Source: Lama guanicoe (Eukaryota). From it: 64,000 bases of DNA. The notes under the pieces are model-generated. The model worked only from the letters and a program-made list of their open reading frames with translations. It made no database searches and was not told where the DNA came from. Both the position numbers and the translations under genes were made by a program. The stretch spans positions 124,001-188,000 of the forward strand of contig MU053493.1 in NCBI GenBank assembly GCA_013239625.1, in the 5' to 3' direction. This document shows positions 12,147 through 24,445 of the stretch, in pieces; position 1 is the first letter of the stretch; the number at the start of each line of letters is the position of its first letter.

Positions 12147-15100
12147 GATTTTGGCATGGAGAGATTTTCTAGGGATATAATTTATAGATGAGTTTTCTTG
12201 TTTGGGGAGTTTCTGGAATTACTCTCTAATTAGATATAAAGCTACAGTGACTCTATTTCCATTAGAAAGCACAGCTCTGTATATGTTGTGACCTATTTAT
12301 TGAGACACATGAAAATATCTGCATTGAGTATTTCTTATCAATCATTTATAAAAAAGGAAGAGGCTAAGCATATGTATATGATCCTTTCTAACATTTTTAG
12401 AAATCAAGGTATATAACAAAATTTGTTTGTTCCTCCTGATATTGCTGAACAAAGTATTGGGCGATGGGGGAATGATGAGCTCATACCTGGATATCCATTT
12501 CCTTCTTCAAGTTTGGGAAATTTTCAGCCATAATTTCATCAAATACTTTTTCTATGTCACTCTCTTTCTTCTCTTTTTGGAGCACTTGTAATTTTAGTGT
12601 GAATATGTGTGATGTTCCCTAGAAATCCCTTAAACTGTTCTCATTTTTCTAAATTTATTTTTCTTTTTGCTGTTCTGATTTGGTGTTTTCTAGTAACCTG
12701 TCTTCCAGATCACTTAGTGTAATTTTCATTTCTCTTTTTGTATTTTCAACTCTGTCTAGTTCTTCTTTATATTTTGTATTTCTTTATGAAGTTTCTTACT
12801 GTGTTCTTTTATTGTTTTCCAAGTTCAGTTGGCATCTTATTACAATTGATTTGAACTCTTTATCAGTTGAATTAATTTATCTCTGTTTATTTAGGGGTGT
12901 TTCAGGACTTTTTCTCTTGTTCTTTCATTTGAAACATATTGCTCTGTATTTTCATTTTGTTTAGCTTCCGTCATGCCTATGAAATTAGGAGAAACACACA
13001 TCTACCCATTTTGCAGCTAAGTCCTTGTGTGGGAGACTCCCTGTGTAGTCTGTGTATGCACAGTGGCTCTGTTGGGAGAGCTGGATTTAAAGTGTGAATG
13101 GGCCATGTTTTCCCCTAGAATGTGCTAGCAACCACTGTCTTGGTAGGAGACAATACTACATTTGAAGGGTCTAGAACCAACTGAGGTTGCAAACTGAGGT
13201 TTCTCCCATGCTCAATGGCTGTCACAACACTTTGCAGATGAGATCAAGTCCTGAGGTGCTGGAGCAAAAACCCAGTAGTTCATTTCTCTCAGGTGTGATG
13301 ACAGTCTCTGCCTTGGTTTGGGATATTGCTGGGACCTGAGAGCTTAAGGCTGCACTTCTGAGCTGGTTTCATATTTTTCTGAATGTGAGTACCTTGATTA
13401 GAGGCTGGGTAGGGCCAAGAGGGGCTTATGACACACTGCTGAACTGGCTCCCTTCCAAATGTGTGTAGGGACAGACATTCTGGTAATGGTCTCCACCCTG
13501 GAGCTAGCAGTATTCTTTTTCAAGTGGGCACAAGTAAGCATGTTGTAGAAGTGGTGGTCTCTACCTTTCAGCTAATATCAGTCTTTCCCTAGTGTGTGCA
13601 CCAAAGTGCATGCTGTCAGTGGCTGCCTCCACCCAGGTCAGAGGCAGGGCTGGGGTCAGAGCTCCCTCTTTTCCCTTCAAGAATGGACATTCCCATTGGC
13701 AATGGCAGCCTCCACCTTAGTGAGGAGCAGGTCTGGAGCAAGAGGGGCTGGAGCAGGAGGCTGATGCAGGCTGGGGGATATGCTTCAGTGGTCCTGACCA
13801 GCTGACCAGAGCCCAGAAAGTTTGCAGTCTTTTCCTTCAGCACTGTGACTGGGTGTAAACAAGTCACCGCTTGCACTCTTTGAGGGTGGAATCAGTTTCT
13901 TATAGCCCTCCAGTAAGTCTCACTGGTTTTCAAACCAGCTAAGGGGGCTTGTCTTCCCAGTGGCAGTCTCAGGGCTGGGGTGCATAAAATGTGGTTCAAA
14001 TCACTTGCTTCCCAGGAGGGGGCCCTGAATCTTTGATATCCTCCTCTACTTCTCTGAGCCCTGCTAGGATTATATGTCCTTACCAGATCACTTACCCTCC
14101 CTTCTTACCAGACTGTGTGGACCTTTCTTTGTAGCCTTTGTTGTAGAAGAGCCATCCTGTTAGTCCCCAGGCTGATGGCAGTGAGTAGTTCTACACGTAG
14201 TTGTAGTGTTGATGTGTTTGTGAGGGGAGATGAGAGCCCAGCATTCTCCTGCTCTGCCATATTAATACCCCTGCCTGATTATGAGTTTTTTCCTCAGTGC
14301 AAGTGGTCTCGCTACTCACAGTGGAAGTGAGTTCTCCAGTATCATTGGGTTTCTCATCTCCATCCCAAGTGGTAGCAGTCTCCTAATTCACCATGGTATC
14401 AGCCTTTCTACCTCAGTCTGAGGGTATTAACCCTGATTAAACAGGAAAATGGTAATATCATCTCCTAAGGCAGTGGCCAATTATGACTAGACTCAGGTCC
14501 CTGTTGGCCTCTAAAGGTGAGATTACAAAATGTAATCATTGAGGAGGTGTGGACACTGCAAAATAGCTACTTGAGTGTGTGTGTGTATACAGGAATCTGG
14601 GGAATATGTGTGGGAATTACTTTATGGGTTTGGGAGATAATGATAGAAGGAATATAAATTTGTATCACTGCCAATTAACAGGTATAGGCCCATAAATCAG
14701 AGATTGTGCATTTGCTATTGTAGTATTTGGAGTTAGAAAGGAATCTAAGCAGCTGGTTTTTTTTTTAATGACAAAATTATAGACAAACATGTGGATTAAA
14801 AGATGGCCCACAATATGGAAACTGGGCATATTTATTCTTACTTTGTTTAACATAGAGGAAGTTGTTCAAAAATTTAGGGACACTGGAATGTAACTGTGAA
14901 TTTGTTATTGATGACCTATTTGCCCACATTTGGAGGGTCCTGAAGATCCCCTTTCACCAATTATTTGAGAAATGAATTTGAGAGGGGAGTTCTAGAACCT
15001 TGAGTATCTCTGTGTTTACTCTACTTTTTAGGCTGGACCTCAGTGGGAATTGGAAAATCTGCTAAATTGAAAAATCTAAATATACTGTGCATAATTGGAT

Positions 15101-16815
15101 CATGGGTTGGCAGAACAAATAGCATCACCTAGCCACCAAATTCAAGGTAGGAATATTTCCTGTAGTGAGCAGCAGAAGCAAAGCAGCAATGTAAATATTC
15201 TGATTGGCTTGGGTGTATGGTGTTGGCTAATTAATCATGGTGTTCCTTAAAGTGAAGGAGACAGGAAACCTAATTAAATATTACTCGATCTGTATAAGCA
15301 GAAAAGTTATGATCAAAGTGATGAAAAGTATAACTTGAATCATAAAAAGAGTCAGTCATAGCCTCTCAATCAGTACCCTGACATGAGCCAGTTTATAGAC
15401 CTAGAGACCCTTGAATGGATGGGAATGAAGTCCTTCCAAAAGGACCTTATTTCTGTAACAAAAATTATAATATTCATCTTTCTCTTAGCCTTGCCAAAAG
15501 GGATCTAATGCAATTTACCAGGGTAACTGTGCACTTGGTGGGATGTGTGTGATGTAATTAAAGACCTCAAGGGCTACTTGGGCATTGGCTTTGTTTGACA
15601 TTGCCTTTAGGAGAATCAAAACACCACTCTGCCCACTTCTCATAGGAAGAGTTAATGGGGGTCAGGTGATCAATGATGTTCTAGATCATGTCCATGTCAC
15701 AGAGAGTCCAACTTTTCTCCTAACTCATCTTGTGGTCATTCTCAACTTTAGACTATATAATTGGAATAGAGATATTTAGCATCTGTCAGAATCCTCTCAC
15801 TGGTTCCTCAGTTTGAAGAGTGATGGCTATTATGTTGCAAAGGCCACATGGAAGTCATTTGAACAGCCTCTATTTTACACCAAAAGCAGTGCAACAATCT
15901 TGGAGAAATTTCAAAGATCTGTGCCTCCATTAAGGACTTGAAGGATGCATGGGTTGTAATTCTGACCACATCCCCTAAAATCTTCTATGTGGTCTGTGAA
16001 GAAGACAGAGGAATCTTATTGAATAACAGTGGATCAAGGAAATCTTACCCAGATGTGGTTTCATTTGTGAGCAAGTTCCTCCATGATCGTCACTAAGTAG
16101 CTATTGATCTGGCACATGCCGTTTTCTCTGTCTTGTTCATCAGGTTTGCCAGAGGCAGTTTCCTTTTAGGTGGCAAGGTCAGTAATATACCTTTACATCC
16201 TAAGTCTGGGGAATATCAACTTTACAGCTTATGACCCTTCTATAAGGTACTATACTTGTTCATTTTATTGATAACATTATGCTCAGTGGATCTTTTAAGC
16301 AGGAAGAGTGACCACTTCAGTCTGATTGTAAGACATTTATGTATCTGAAGGTGGGGAATAAATTCAACTAAAATTCAGGGGAACTCTAACTTAGTGAAAT
16401 TTCTAGAGGTCTAAGGATTAGGGCATGCTCAGATATCCCTTTCAAAGTAAAGAGTTGTATGATCTGGCCCCTCCTACAGTCAAGAAAGATGAATCATGCT
16501 GATTGGGCCTCTTTGGATATTGTAGGCCACATATTCCTCATTTGAGTGTATTTCTCTGCCTCATATATTGGGTAACCAGAAAGCTCACTAGTTTGGAGGA
16601 ACACCCAGAATGAGGGATGGCTCTGCAGCACACCCAGGCTGTTATTCAGACCACTCTGCCATACGGACCAGAAATTCCATCAGACACAACAGTTTCTGGA
16701 GTTTTGCTGACAGATGTGTAGGCTGATTGGAGCTTTGGCAGTCCTGTAAATGATTACAGAACAGGTATTTAGGATTCTGTGTCATGTCCTAGCTGTCACT
16801 TATGGATAACTAACT
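12147..16815 (+). mobile_element. ERV-L internal (gag-pro-RT remnants), interrupted by an old L1
   Basis: gattttggc after the LTR; gag-like GEYVWE...DNDRRNI near 14595-14660; RT-like gctattgatctggcacatgcc and cattttattgataacattatgctc. Confidence 0.8.
12481..14270 (-). mobile_element. Older L1 fragment (5'UTR and start of ORF1)
   Basis: ORF1-type aagtttgggaaattttcagccataatttc; terminal ctctgccatatt is the reverse complement of an aagatggcg-like L1 start. Confidence 0.75.
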
Positions 16816-17145
16816 ACAAAATTATTTTATTTTTACTTAACAAAATGCTATTCCATTCCTCATATCTTCTTTTATTAAAAGCACAAATGCCATTTTGCTG
16901 CTGTGTACTGAAATATTTCCCTTATTATTCCTAGTAGCTTTAATTACATATTTAAATTAGAATCTTCAACTCTTAAAAACCTTGATTTCTTGCAAAACCT
17001 AAGAAGTAAGCAATGATGAGCCATCTTTTACATTAGCATCCTGTAGATTGGCAAACATAAATACCAATGATAACTTCTATAAAGGTGTGCCTTCTTATAG
17101 AAAACATTTCAGTGTGGCACCAAACATATTTATTAATAATCCTAA

Positions 17146-17293
17146 GGGGAAGTTATAGCGCAATGGTAGAGTGTGTGCTTTACTTGCTCAAGGCCCATGG
17201 TTCAATCCCCATAACTTCCATCAAAAATATAAATAAACTTAATTACCTTCCCCACCAAATAAATAAAAGTTTAAAGAATAAAAGTTAAAATAT
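17146..17293 (+). mobile_element. tRNA-derived SINE, Vic-1-like (camelid)
   Basis: ggggaagttatagcgcaatggtagag (A box), ggttcaatcccc (B box), aaataaacttaattaccttcccc body, A-rich tail; TSD ata(a/g)tcctaa at 17136/17294. Confidence 0.85.
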
Positions 17294-18619
17294 ATAGTCC
17301 TAAATATTTTTAGTTTCTCTGTAAAAGGAGTTGTATGTTCAGTAATTAATATTTCAATATTTTATTTGTGAATGCCCTAACTATTCAGTAAACTTGTATC
17401 TTTTAACTTAATTTAGTGTAACTCTAAAATTTAAACTTGCCAAGTATCTGGAGAGATTATTTTTTGTAGAAATTCCTAAAATATAATTATTCCTGAAGAG
17501 TTCATCCTAAAACTCTTATCTCATTTATATTTAACTTAATTATAAAGATTGAATCCTATCAAGTTATGTTTCTTATTGGTAAATTGGCAATAGACATAAG
17601 CTAATTTGACTTCTCTTAAACCTAGGTACATTAAAAGTATTATACTTAATATGTTGATGACTCTAAAAATGTATATTATTTAGTTCAACAAACTTTAATC
17701 CCAAGTATTAATCTGATATTGATATTTCCCAGTTCAAAAGTACCTGAAATTCTTTCTGGTCAGTTTCCTTTTATATTTCTGAGAATTTATATAGATGCTT
17801 AATTTCTATTAAGCCAATTAAGAAGAGTTCATTTGCAAATTAATTTTGGTAATACCATCCAAAGTTAAAGACATATATGCATAACCAGAAATCTCATCAC
17901 TTCCTTTTAAAACTTACCCACAAATTAGGTATTACAATATAAAACTCACTAGTTTATAAATTACAGCTGTAATAAGTTAAATTTAAATGGCCTATTTCCC
18001 CCCATTTTCCCCTTCAATATCAGAATTAGAGATGATACAGATAAGGCAAGTGTTCCTGGGAGCTCTGGTAGAATATTTGCATCTAGAGGCACAGGGTAAG
18101 AAAAATAATTTCTCCTGGAAGGACTTGTTCCCTCAGAGTTAGAATTCTGAATAGATGTTGTATCAAGCCAGCTCTCTCTAAGAACTCTGTATGCAATAGA
18201 AGAGCACTTACTGGCCATTTTCAGGGCAAAATGTGCCTTTAATTCCCAATTAAGTACTTGAAAGTATAACTTTTGTACATACATAAAACTGGCTGTGGTG
18301 TTAGTTGGAGATTGGTTTTCTGACACCCCTGCTTTCTTTGTTTGAGAGGCTCTATTTCCCATTTTAAAGTTGACTTTGTCATGGATAAGATGAATTAATG
18401 GAATTGTGTGGTGGGCCAGTAGGCTTCTTTTGGGCTGAACTCCTCTAAGCATTACCTGGCAGTCATTTCCACTATCTTATGTGTCTTGATTTCTCCCTTT
18501 TGTGGTCTAAGACCACCTTGGGTGCTCAAAGGTCACCTTGGGTGCTCAGATCACTATATGGTCAATTCCTGTACATGATCTCTGAATGAGAAAATATTTT
18601 AATTAATTGACTAATGGAT

Positions 18620-19680
18620 CCATTTTGAGTTTATTTTTGTGCGTGGTGTAAGGGAGTGTTCTAGCTTCATTGCTTTACATGCTGCTGCCAGTTTTCCCAA
18701 CACCATTTGCTGCAGAGACTGTCTTTATTCCATTGTGTATTCTTGCCTCCTTTGTCGAAGATTAGTTGACCAAAAGTTTGTGGGTTCATTTCTGGGCTCT
18801 CTATTCTGTTCCATTGGTCTATATGTCTGTTTTTGTACCAATACCATGCTGTCTTGATGACTGTAGCTCTATAGTATTGTCTGAAGTCTGGGAGAGTTAT
18901 ACCTCCAGCTTCTTTCTTTCTCTTCAATAATGCTTTGGCAATTGTAGGTCTTTGATGTTCCATATAAATTTTATTATGATTTGTTCTAGTTCTGTGAAAT
19001 ATGTCCTGGGTAATTTGATAGGGATTGCATTAAATCTAGATTGCCTTGGGCAGTTTGACAATGAATATTTATATGTTCATGTATAACTGAAAAATTGTGC
19101 TCTACACTGGAATTTGATACAACATTGCAAAATGATTATAAATCAATAAAAAGTGTTAAAAAATAAAACAGATGACCTGATAAAGACGATGTGGTATATT
19201 TATACAACGGAATACTACTCAGCCATAAAAATGACAACATAATGCCATTTGCAGCAACATGGATGCTCCTGGAGAATGTCATTCTAAGTAAAGTAAGCCA
19301 GAAAGAGAAAGAAAAATACCATATGAGATCGCTCATATGTGGAATCTGAAAAAAACAAACAAAGAAACAGAGCATAAATACAAAACAGAAATAGACTTAC
19401 AGACATAGAATACAAACTTGTGGTTGCCAAGGGGGCTGGGGGTGGGAAGAGATAGACTGGGATTTCAAAGTTGTAGAATAGATAAACAAGATTATACTGT
19501 ATAGCACAGGGAAATATACACAAGATCTTATGGTAGCTCACAGTGGAAAAAAAATTTGACAATGAATATATATATATATGTGTTCATGTAAAATTGAAAA
19601 ATTGTCCTCTCACTGGAATTTGACACAACATTGTAAAATGATTATAAATCAATAAAAAAATGTTTAAAAATTTCTTTTAA
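18620..19680 (+). mobile_element. 5'-inverted truncated L1
   Basis: Minus ORF2 18620-19054, plus 3'UTR to poly-A; TSD aatt(g/a)actaatggat at 18605-18619 and 19681-19695. Confidence 0.9.
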
Positions 19681-20245
19681 AATTAACTAATGGATTTTCC
19701 TATGGGACCACTGCATAGTACGAGGACTCTACTGTCACCACTCCCATAGATTTCACAGTTGTCTGAGAAAGCCTTAACCAACTGGGAGGAGTCTTGTCCA
19801 TCTTCTTCAGAATGAAGATCTCATGTAATATTTTCACTTTTATTCCAACAAATTCTAAATAGGCAGGTGAATTGGGGAAAGGTGTCAGATCAGCCTCATA
19901 CACAACCACTCAGCCCAGACAACTCAATGTCTTTCAACTAAGCAAAGCCCACTGTCTTTCAACCAGGTTCCCCCAAGTATCTTTTAACTGGGTGGGCACC
20001 CTTCCAGTATCTTTTGTATAGTGTGTCAAGTACCCATTATACACCACAATATAAAACTCAGTATCATCAACCAATATAGGAGATCTGAGAGCCAGGAGAG
20101 ACTCTACCAAATTTGTCTGGACTCTCCAAGGAGGCAGATGGGCACAAGAGGCCTTTGCTGGTACCAAGTCCCTTGTAGAGTTCCTTGTAGAGTTCAAGTG
20201 AAGGATAGAAGTCTGCTCTTGGTCCTTTCATTGGAATACCAAAAC

Positions 20246-20735
20246 TGTTGACTGAAAAAAAAAGTGAACAATATGAGAATTGTGAGTTCTGTTTTATTTG
20301 GGGCAAAATGCTGGCTGTTGCCTGAGGGACAGCCTCTTAGATAGCTCTGAGGAACTGCTCTGAAGAGGCAATGGGGGAGGACAGAACACATGTGATTTTG
20401 GTGAAGGGGGGTACCTTCAGTCAAGCACACATTTTAGCAGAAGGTTACTGCTAGTCATAAAAATGTTGCTGTTAGTCATGAAGAGCAAATGTCTCTGTTA
20501 ATGATTGTAGTGCTTTTCCAGATATGAGAAATGCAAGAAATAGGGTTCATAACTTACCTTCCTGAAAGTAACTATCTGAAGGCCTGTTCTGCCAATTTTC
20601 CCCAGAGCACAAGGTGCCTAATTCCTGATCTCCACCATGAACTCCTTTCAAGTTGTGTTGAAGGTCGGTGACTGCAGTGGCCAGTGACTTCATTCTTCTA
20701 GAAACAGATAGAAAGTGACAATTCTGTATTTGGCA
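20246..20735 (-). mobile_element. MER41-like (laurasiatherian) ERV1 LTR
   Basis: tgttgactgaaaaaaaa...gttttatttgggg...gacagcctcttagatagctctgaggaactgctc...tttggca. Confidence 0.7.
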
Positions 20736-21318
20736 ATAGCAACTTGAGGGTAAAGTGAGAACAAAATGTTATTTGGGAACATAGTGTTCTGCTCAGTGGT
20801 TTGGGTTTTGTAGACATCCAGATAGTTGCTAGATGTCTCCTCATCACTGGCCTAAAATTTTATCCATGTCCTCCCTCAGATTACATGTCAGGGCAAAAGG
20901 AAATCTTAAAAGTCTCCTCCATGAATATTGGTTAATAGGTAACCTTTAATTGTCCCATTTGCCAAAAACACAGTTCATATAAATATATAAAGTAGGAAAA
21001 AACCAATTAGATTGTATCAATGTTTCACTGAGTCACAGATAAAATTTAGAATGAAATATATAACTGTGTTTGCATCTGTCTATGTGGTTATGTATATGTG
21101 CATGTATGTAATGCATATATGACATTTTCTACCTCCCCAAATTATTTCTAAATCAACTTATAGTATCCGTTAAATAAGGTTATTCAAACTGACCTAGAGA
21201 TTCCATATATTAAGTTCCTAAAACTCAGAAATATAAAAACTTATCTAATTTGTTGATTTCACTTGATTTGAGATAATCTTTGTTAAACAAAGATAGTTTA
21301 AAAATTGTTGATAAAATA

Positions 21319-22397
21319 GTATCCCTTTTATTTCTCTCTCTTGCCTGATTGCTGTGGCTAGGGCTTCCAAGACTATGTTGAATAAGAATGATGATAGTGG
21401 ACACCCTTGTCTTGTCCCAGATTTTACTGGGAAGCTTTTGAGTTTTTCACCATTGAGTACTATGCTGGCTGTAGGTCTGTCACATATAGCTTTTATTATG
21501 TTGAGATATGTTCCCTCTATACCCACTTTGGTGAGAGTTTTTATCATAAATGGGTGTTGAATGTTATCAAATGCTTTTTCTGCATCTATTGAGATGATCA
21601 TGTGGTTTTTGGCCTTTCTTTTGTTGATGTGATGTATTACATTGATTGACTTGTGTATGTTGAGCCACCCTTGTATCCCTGGGATGAACCCCACTTGATC
21701 ATGATGCATAATCTTTTTTATGTGCTGCTGTTTTCAATTTGCTAATATTTTGGTGAGGATTTTTGCATCTATGTTCATCACTGATATTGACCTATAATTC
21801 TCCTTTTTGTGTCTTTGCCTGGTTTTGGTATCAAGGTGATGGTGGCTTCATAGGATGAGTTTGGGGGTATTCCCTCCTTTTCAATCTTCTGGAAGAGTTT
21901 TAGGAGGACTGATATCACCTCACACCAGTCATAATGGCCATCATTCAAAAGTCCACAAGTGACAAAGGCTGAGAGGCTGTGGAGAAAATTGAACCCTCCT
22001 ACACTGCTGGTGGGAATGCAATTTGGTGCAGTCACTGTGGAAAACAAAATAGATATTCCTCAATAGACTAGAAATAGACTTACTATATGACCCAGGAATC
22101 GTGCTCCTGGGCATATATCCATGAGGAATCCTATTTCAAAAAGACACCTGCACCCCCATGTTCATATCAGCACTATTTACAATAGCCAAGATATGGAAAC
22201 AGCCTAAATGTCCATCAACAGTTGACTGGATAAAGAAGACTTGGTATATTTATGCAAGGGAATACTATTCAGCCACAAAAACCAACAACATAAGGCCATT
22301 TGCAGCAACATGGATGCTCCTGGAGAATGTCATTCTAACTAATGTAAGCCATTAAGAGAAAGATAAATACCATATGAAATCGCTCATGTGTGGAATA

Positions 22398-22450
<53 letters not shown>

Positions 22451-22752
22451 ATACATACATACATACATACAAAATAGAAACAGAAACAGACTGATAGACA
22501 TATTATATAAACTTGTGGTTGCCAAGGGGCCTGGGGTGGGTATGGGCATACTGGGAATTCAAATTGTAGAATAGATAAACAAGATTATACTGTATAGCAC
22601 AGGGAAATATATACAAGATCTTATGGTGGCTCACAGTGGAAAAAAAATTTGACAATGAAAATATATGTGTTCTTGTGTAACTGAAAAATTGTGCTCTACA
22701 CTGGAATTTGACACAACATTGTAAAATGATTATAATTCAATAAAAAAGTTTA
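21319..22752 (+). mobile_element. 5'-inverted truncated L1
   Basis: Minus RT 21319-21910 ([22 protein letters not shown]), plus 3' end 21911-22752; TSD aaaattgttg(a/g)taaaata at 21301 and 22753. Confidence 0.92.
22401..22470. repeat. Compound (AAAT)n(ACAT)n microsatellite in an L1 3'UTR
   Basis: Read directly from the sequence. Confidence 0.95.
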
Positions 22753-23425
22753 AAAATTGTTGGTAAAATATAAACAACTATGTTTTCAGAAGTAAATATA
22801 ATGCAGACATGCAGGGTTTTTTATTTTCTTCCTAGGTTTAGCAGTCCAATAATGTATTATATCTCTACTAGATGTTCAAGGTTATAAAAGTATAAATCCA
22901 ACCTAAGAATGAAATGTGCAATAAAAATGAATTACTTGATGCATGTCAAGCACAGTAGAAAATTTTTTAAAAAATAATAAAGACACAAGAACCATATATT
23001 TCACTTTTTTAGGTTTTTAGACTGTGATTTTTTTTTATCATTGCCTAATTTGTCAGCAAGAAAAAGAACATAGGGTGATGATTAGATTTGTTTCTTTAAC
23101 TCATGAAGTTTTCTTGACCAGTTCACACATAATTGTTAAGCACAAGTAGATTAAATAGGTGTAGGTGTGATAAAATATAGAAATGAACTTTTCAGCAACT
23201 ATTTTGTTTTATCCTACAGTTACATAAAATAATTTTGCAAACTTTTTGGTAACTTGAAACCTTTAATCTATACTAAGTTAAGGTCAATGATGTATCTTCA
23301 TTAACATATAAGTCATTTCCAATAAGATAAAATATGGAAACATTAATTACAGAACAAATCTTTGTTTACATTTGGCATACATTTTAAATGGTGTAGAGAA
23401 GCTAAATATATTTGGGTCCATTTTC

Positions 23426-24445
23426 TTTTTTGTTTTTTATAGAAGTTTGTTTTTTTAGAATAGTTTCAGTTTTACAGCAGAATTGAGCAAAAAATAGAGT
23501 TCCCACATAGCCCTCCCCACCCACCCATATATACTCCCCTACCCTCAACATCTCTCATCAATGCGGCATATTTGACAATCAATGAACCAACATAGACACA
23601 TTATTATCAACCAAAGTCCATAGTTTACATTAGGGTTTACTCTTGATGTTGTACATTCTATGGGTTTTAACAAATGCATAATGACATGAAGCCACCACTA
23701 TAATATCATAAAGAATAATTTCATTGCCCTAAAAATCTCTTGTGTTCCATCTATTCATTCATCCATCCATCCCTCTCCCCAAACCCATGGAAACCATGAT
23801 CCTTTTATTGTTTCTGTAGCTGTGCCTTTTCCAGAGTGTCATTTGGCTGTAATTGAACAGTCCCAGAATGTGTGCCACCAGCTTTTATGTCCCCTGACTG
23901 AGCCACAGCCATATGCATAGTCCCCAGAAGACCCTCCAAATCCAGCTGTTAGGTCTGGCCCAGGTTCCTCTGAAATAACTGCCTCTGCCCTTAGACCTGG
24001 TCCACGTGAGTTTCCATGTTTTCTTCTCATACAAATGGAGCCTCTGTTTCCCCCAGTCCCATTGGATCTCCAAGCCAAGCCCCCCAACCTTCAAAAATCA
24101 GATGTCCTTGGGTCTCATTCTCTTCCCAATGCTGGTACCCAAGCTGGGGAGCCTGACATGGGGCTTTGAGCTCTCACTCCTCTAGGGGGTCCTCTGCTAC
24201 TTAACAAATCTTCACCTTGTAGGTCACCCACCCAGGGGGTGTGGGGCTCAATTATATCACAAGCACATCCCTCTTACCATCCTGCTGTGGTTCCCTCTTT
24301 ATGTTTCCAGTTGCAGAAGATCCTTTTTTGCTAGATTCCAGTTTTTTTCCTATGGTTGTTTAGCATTCAGTCCTGGTTTCATTGTAGTCACAAGGATAGG
24401 TGAGCTCATGGTCCTATCTCTCCACTTTCTTGACCGAACCCCTCC
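23426..24445 (-). mobile_element. Composite L1-derived element: L1MC1-like 3' tail fused to an L1 5'UTR
   Basis: Poly-T then cagcagaattgagc...ccaaagtccatagtttacattaggg; 5'UTR from ~23860; TSD atttg(gg/ca)tccattttc at 23410 and 24447. Confidence 0.75.

Larger units (their letters stand above)
16816..20245 (-). mobile_element. MER4-group ERV1 internal belonging to the MER41-like LTR; gag-leader remnant
   Basis: Primer-binding-site (PBS)-like ttttggtattccaatgaaaggacc next to the LTR; peptide MGNRASQTKKAGVSENQSPTNTTASFMY (ORF 17961-18452). Confidence 0.6.

Noticed and set aside
17146..17220. tRNA gene
   Set aside because: Degenerate stems, SINE body, A-tail and TSD
20246..20735. Interferon-responsive GAS enhancer as in primate MER41
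   Set aside because: I found no canonical TTCnnnGAA; only N2-spaced ttcctgaa and ttctagaa
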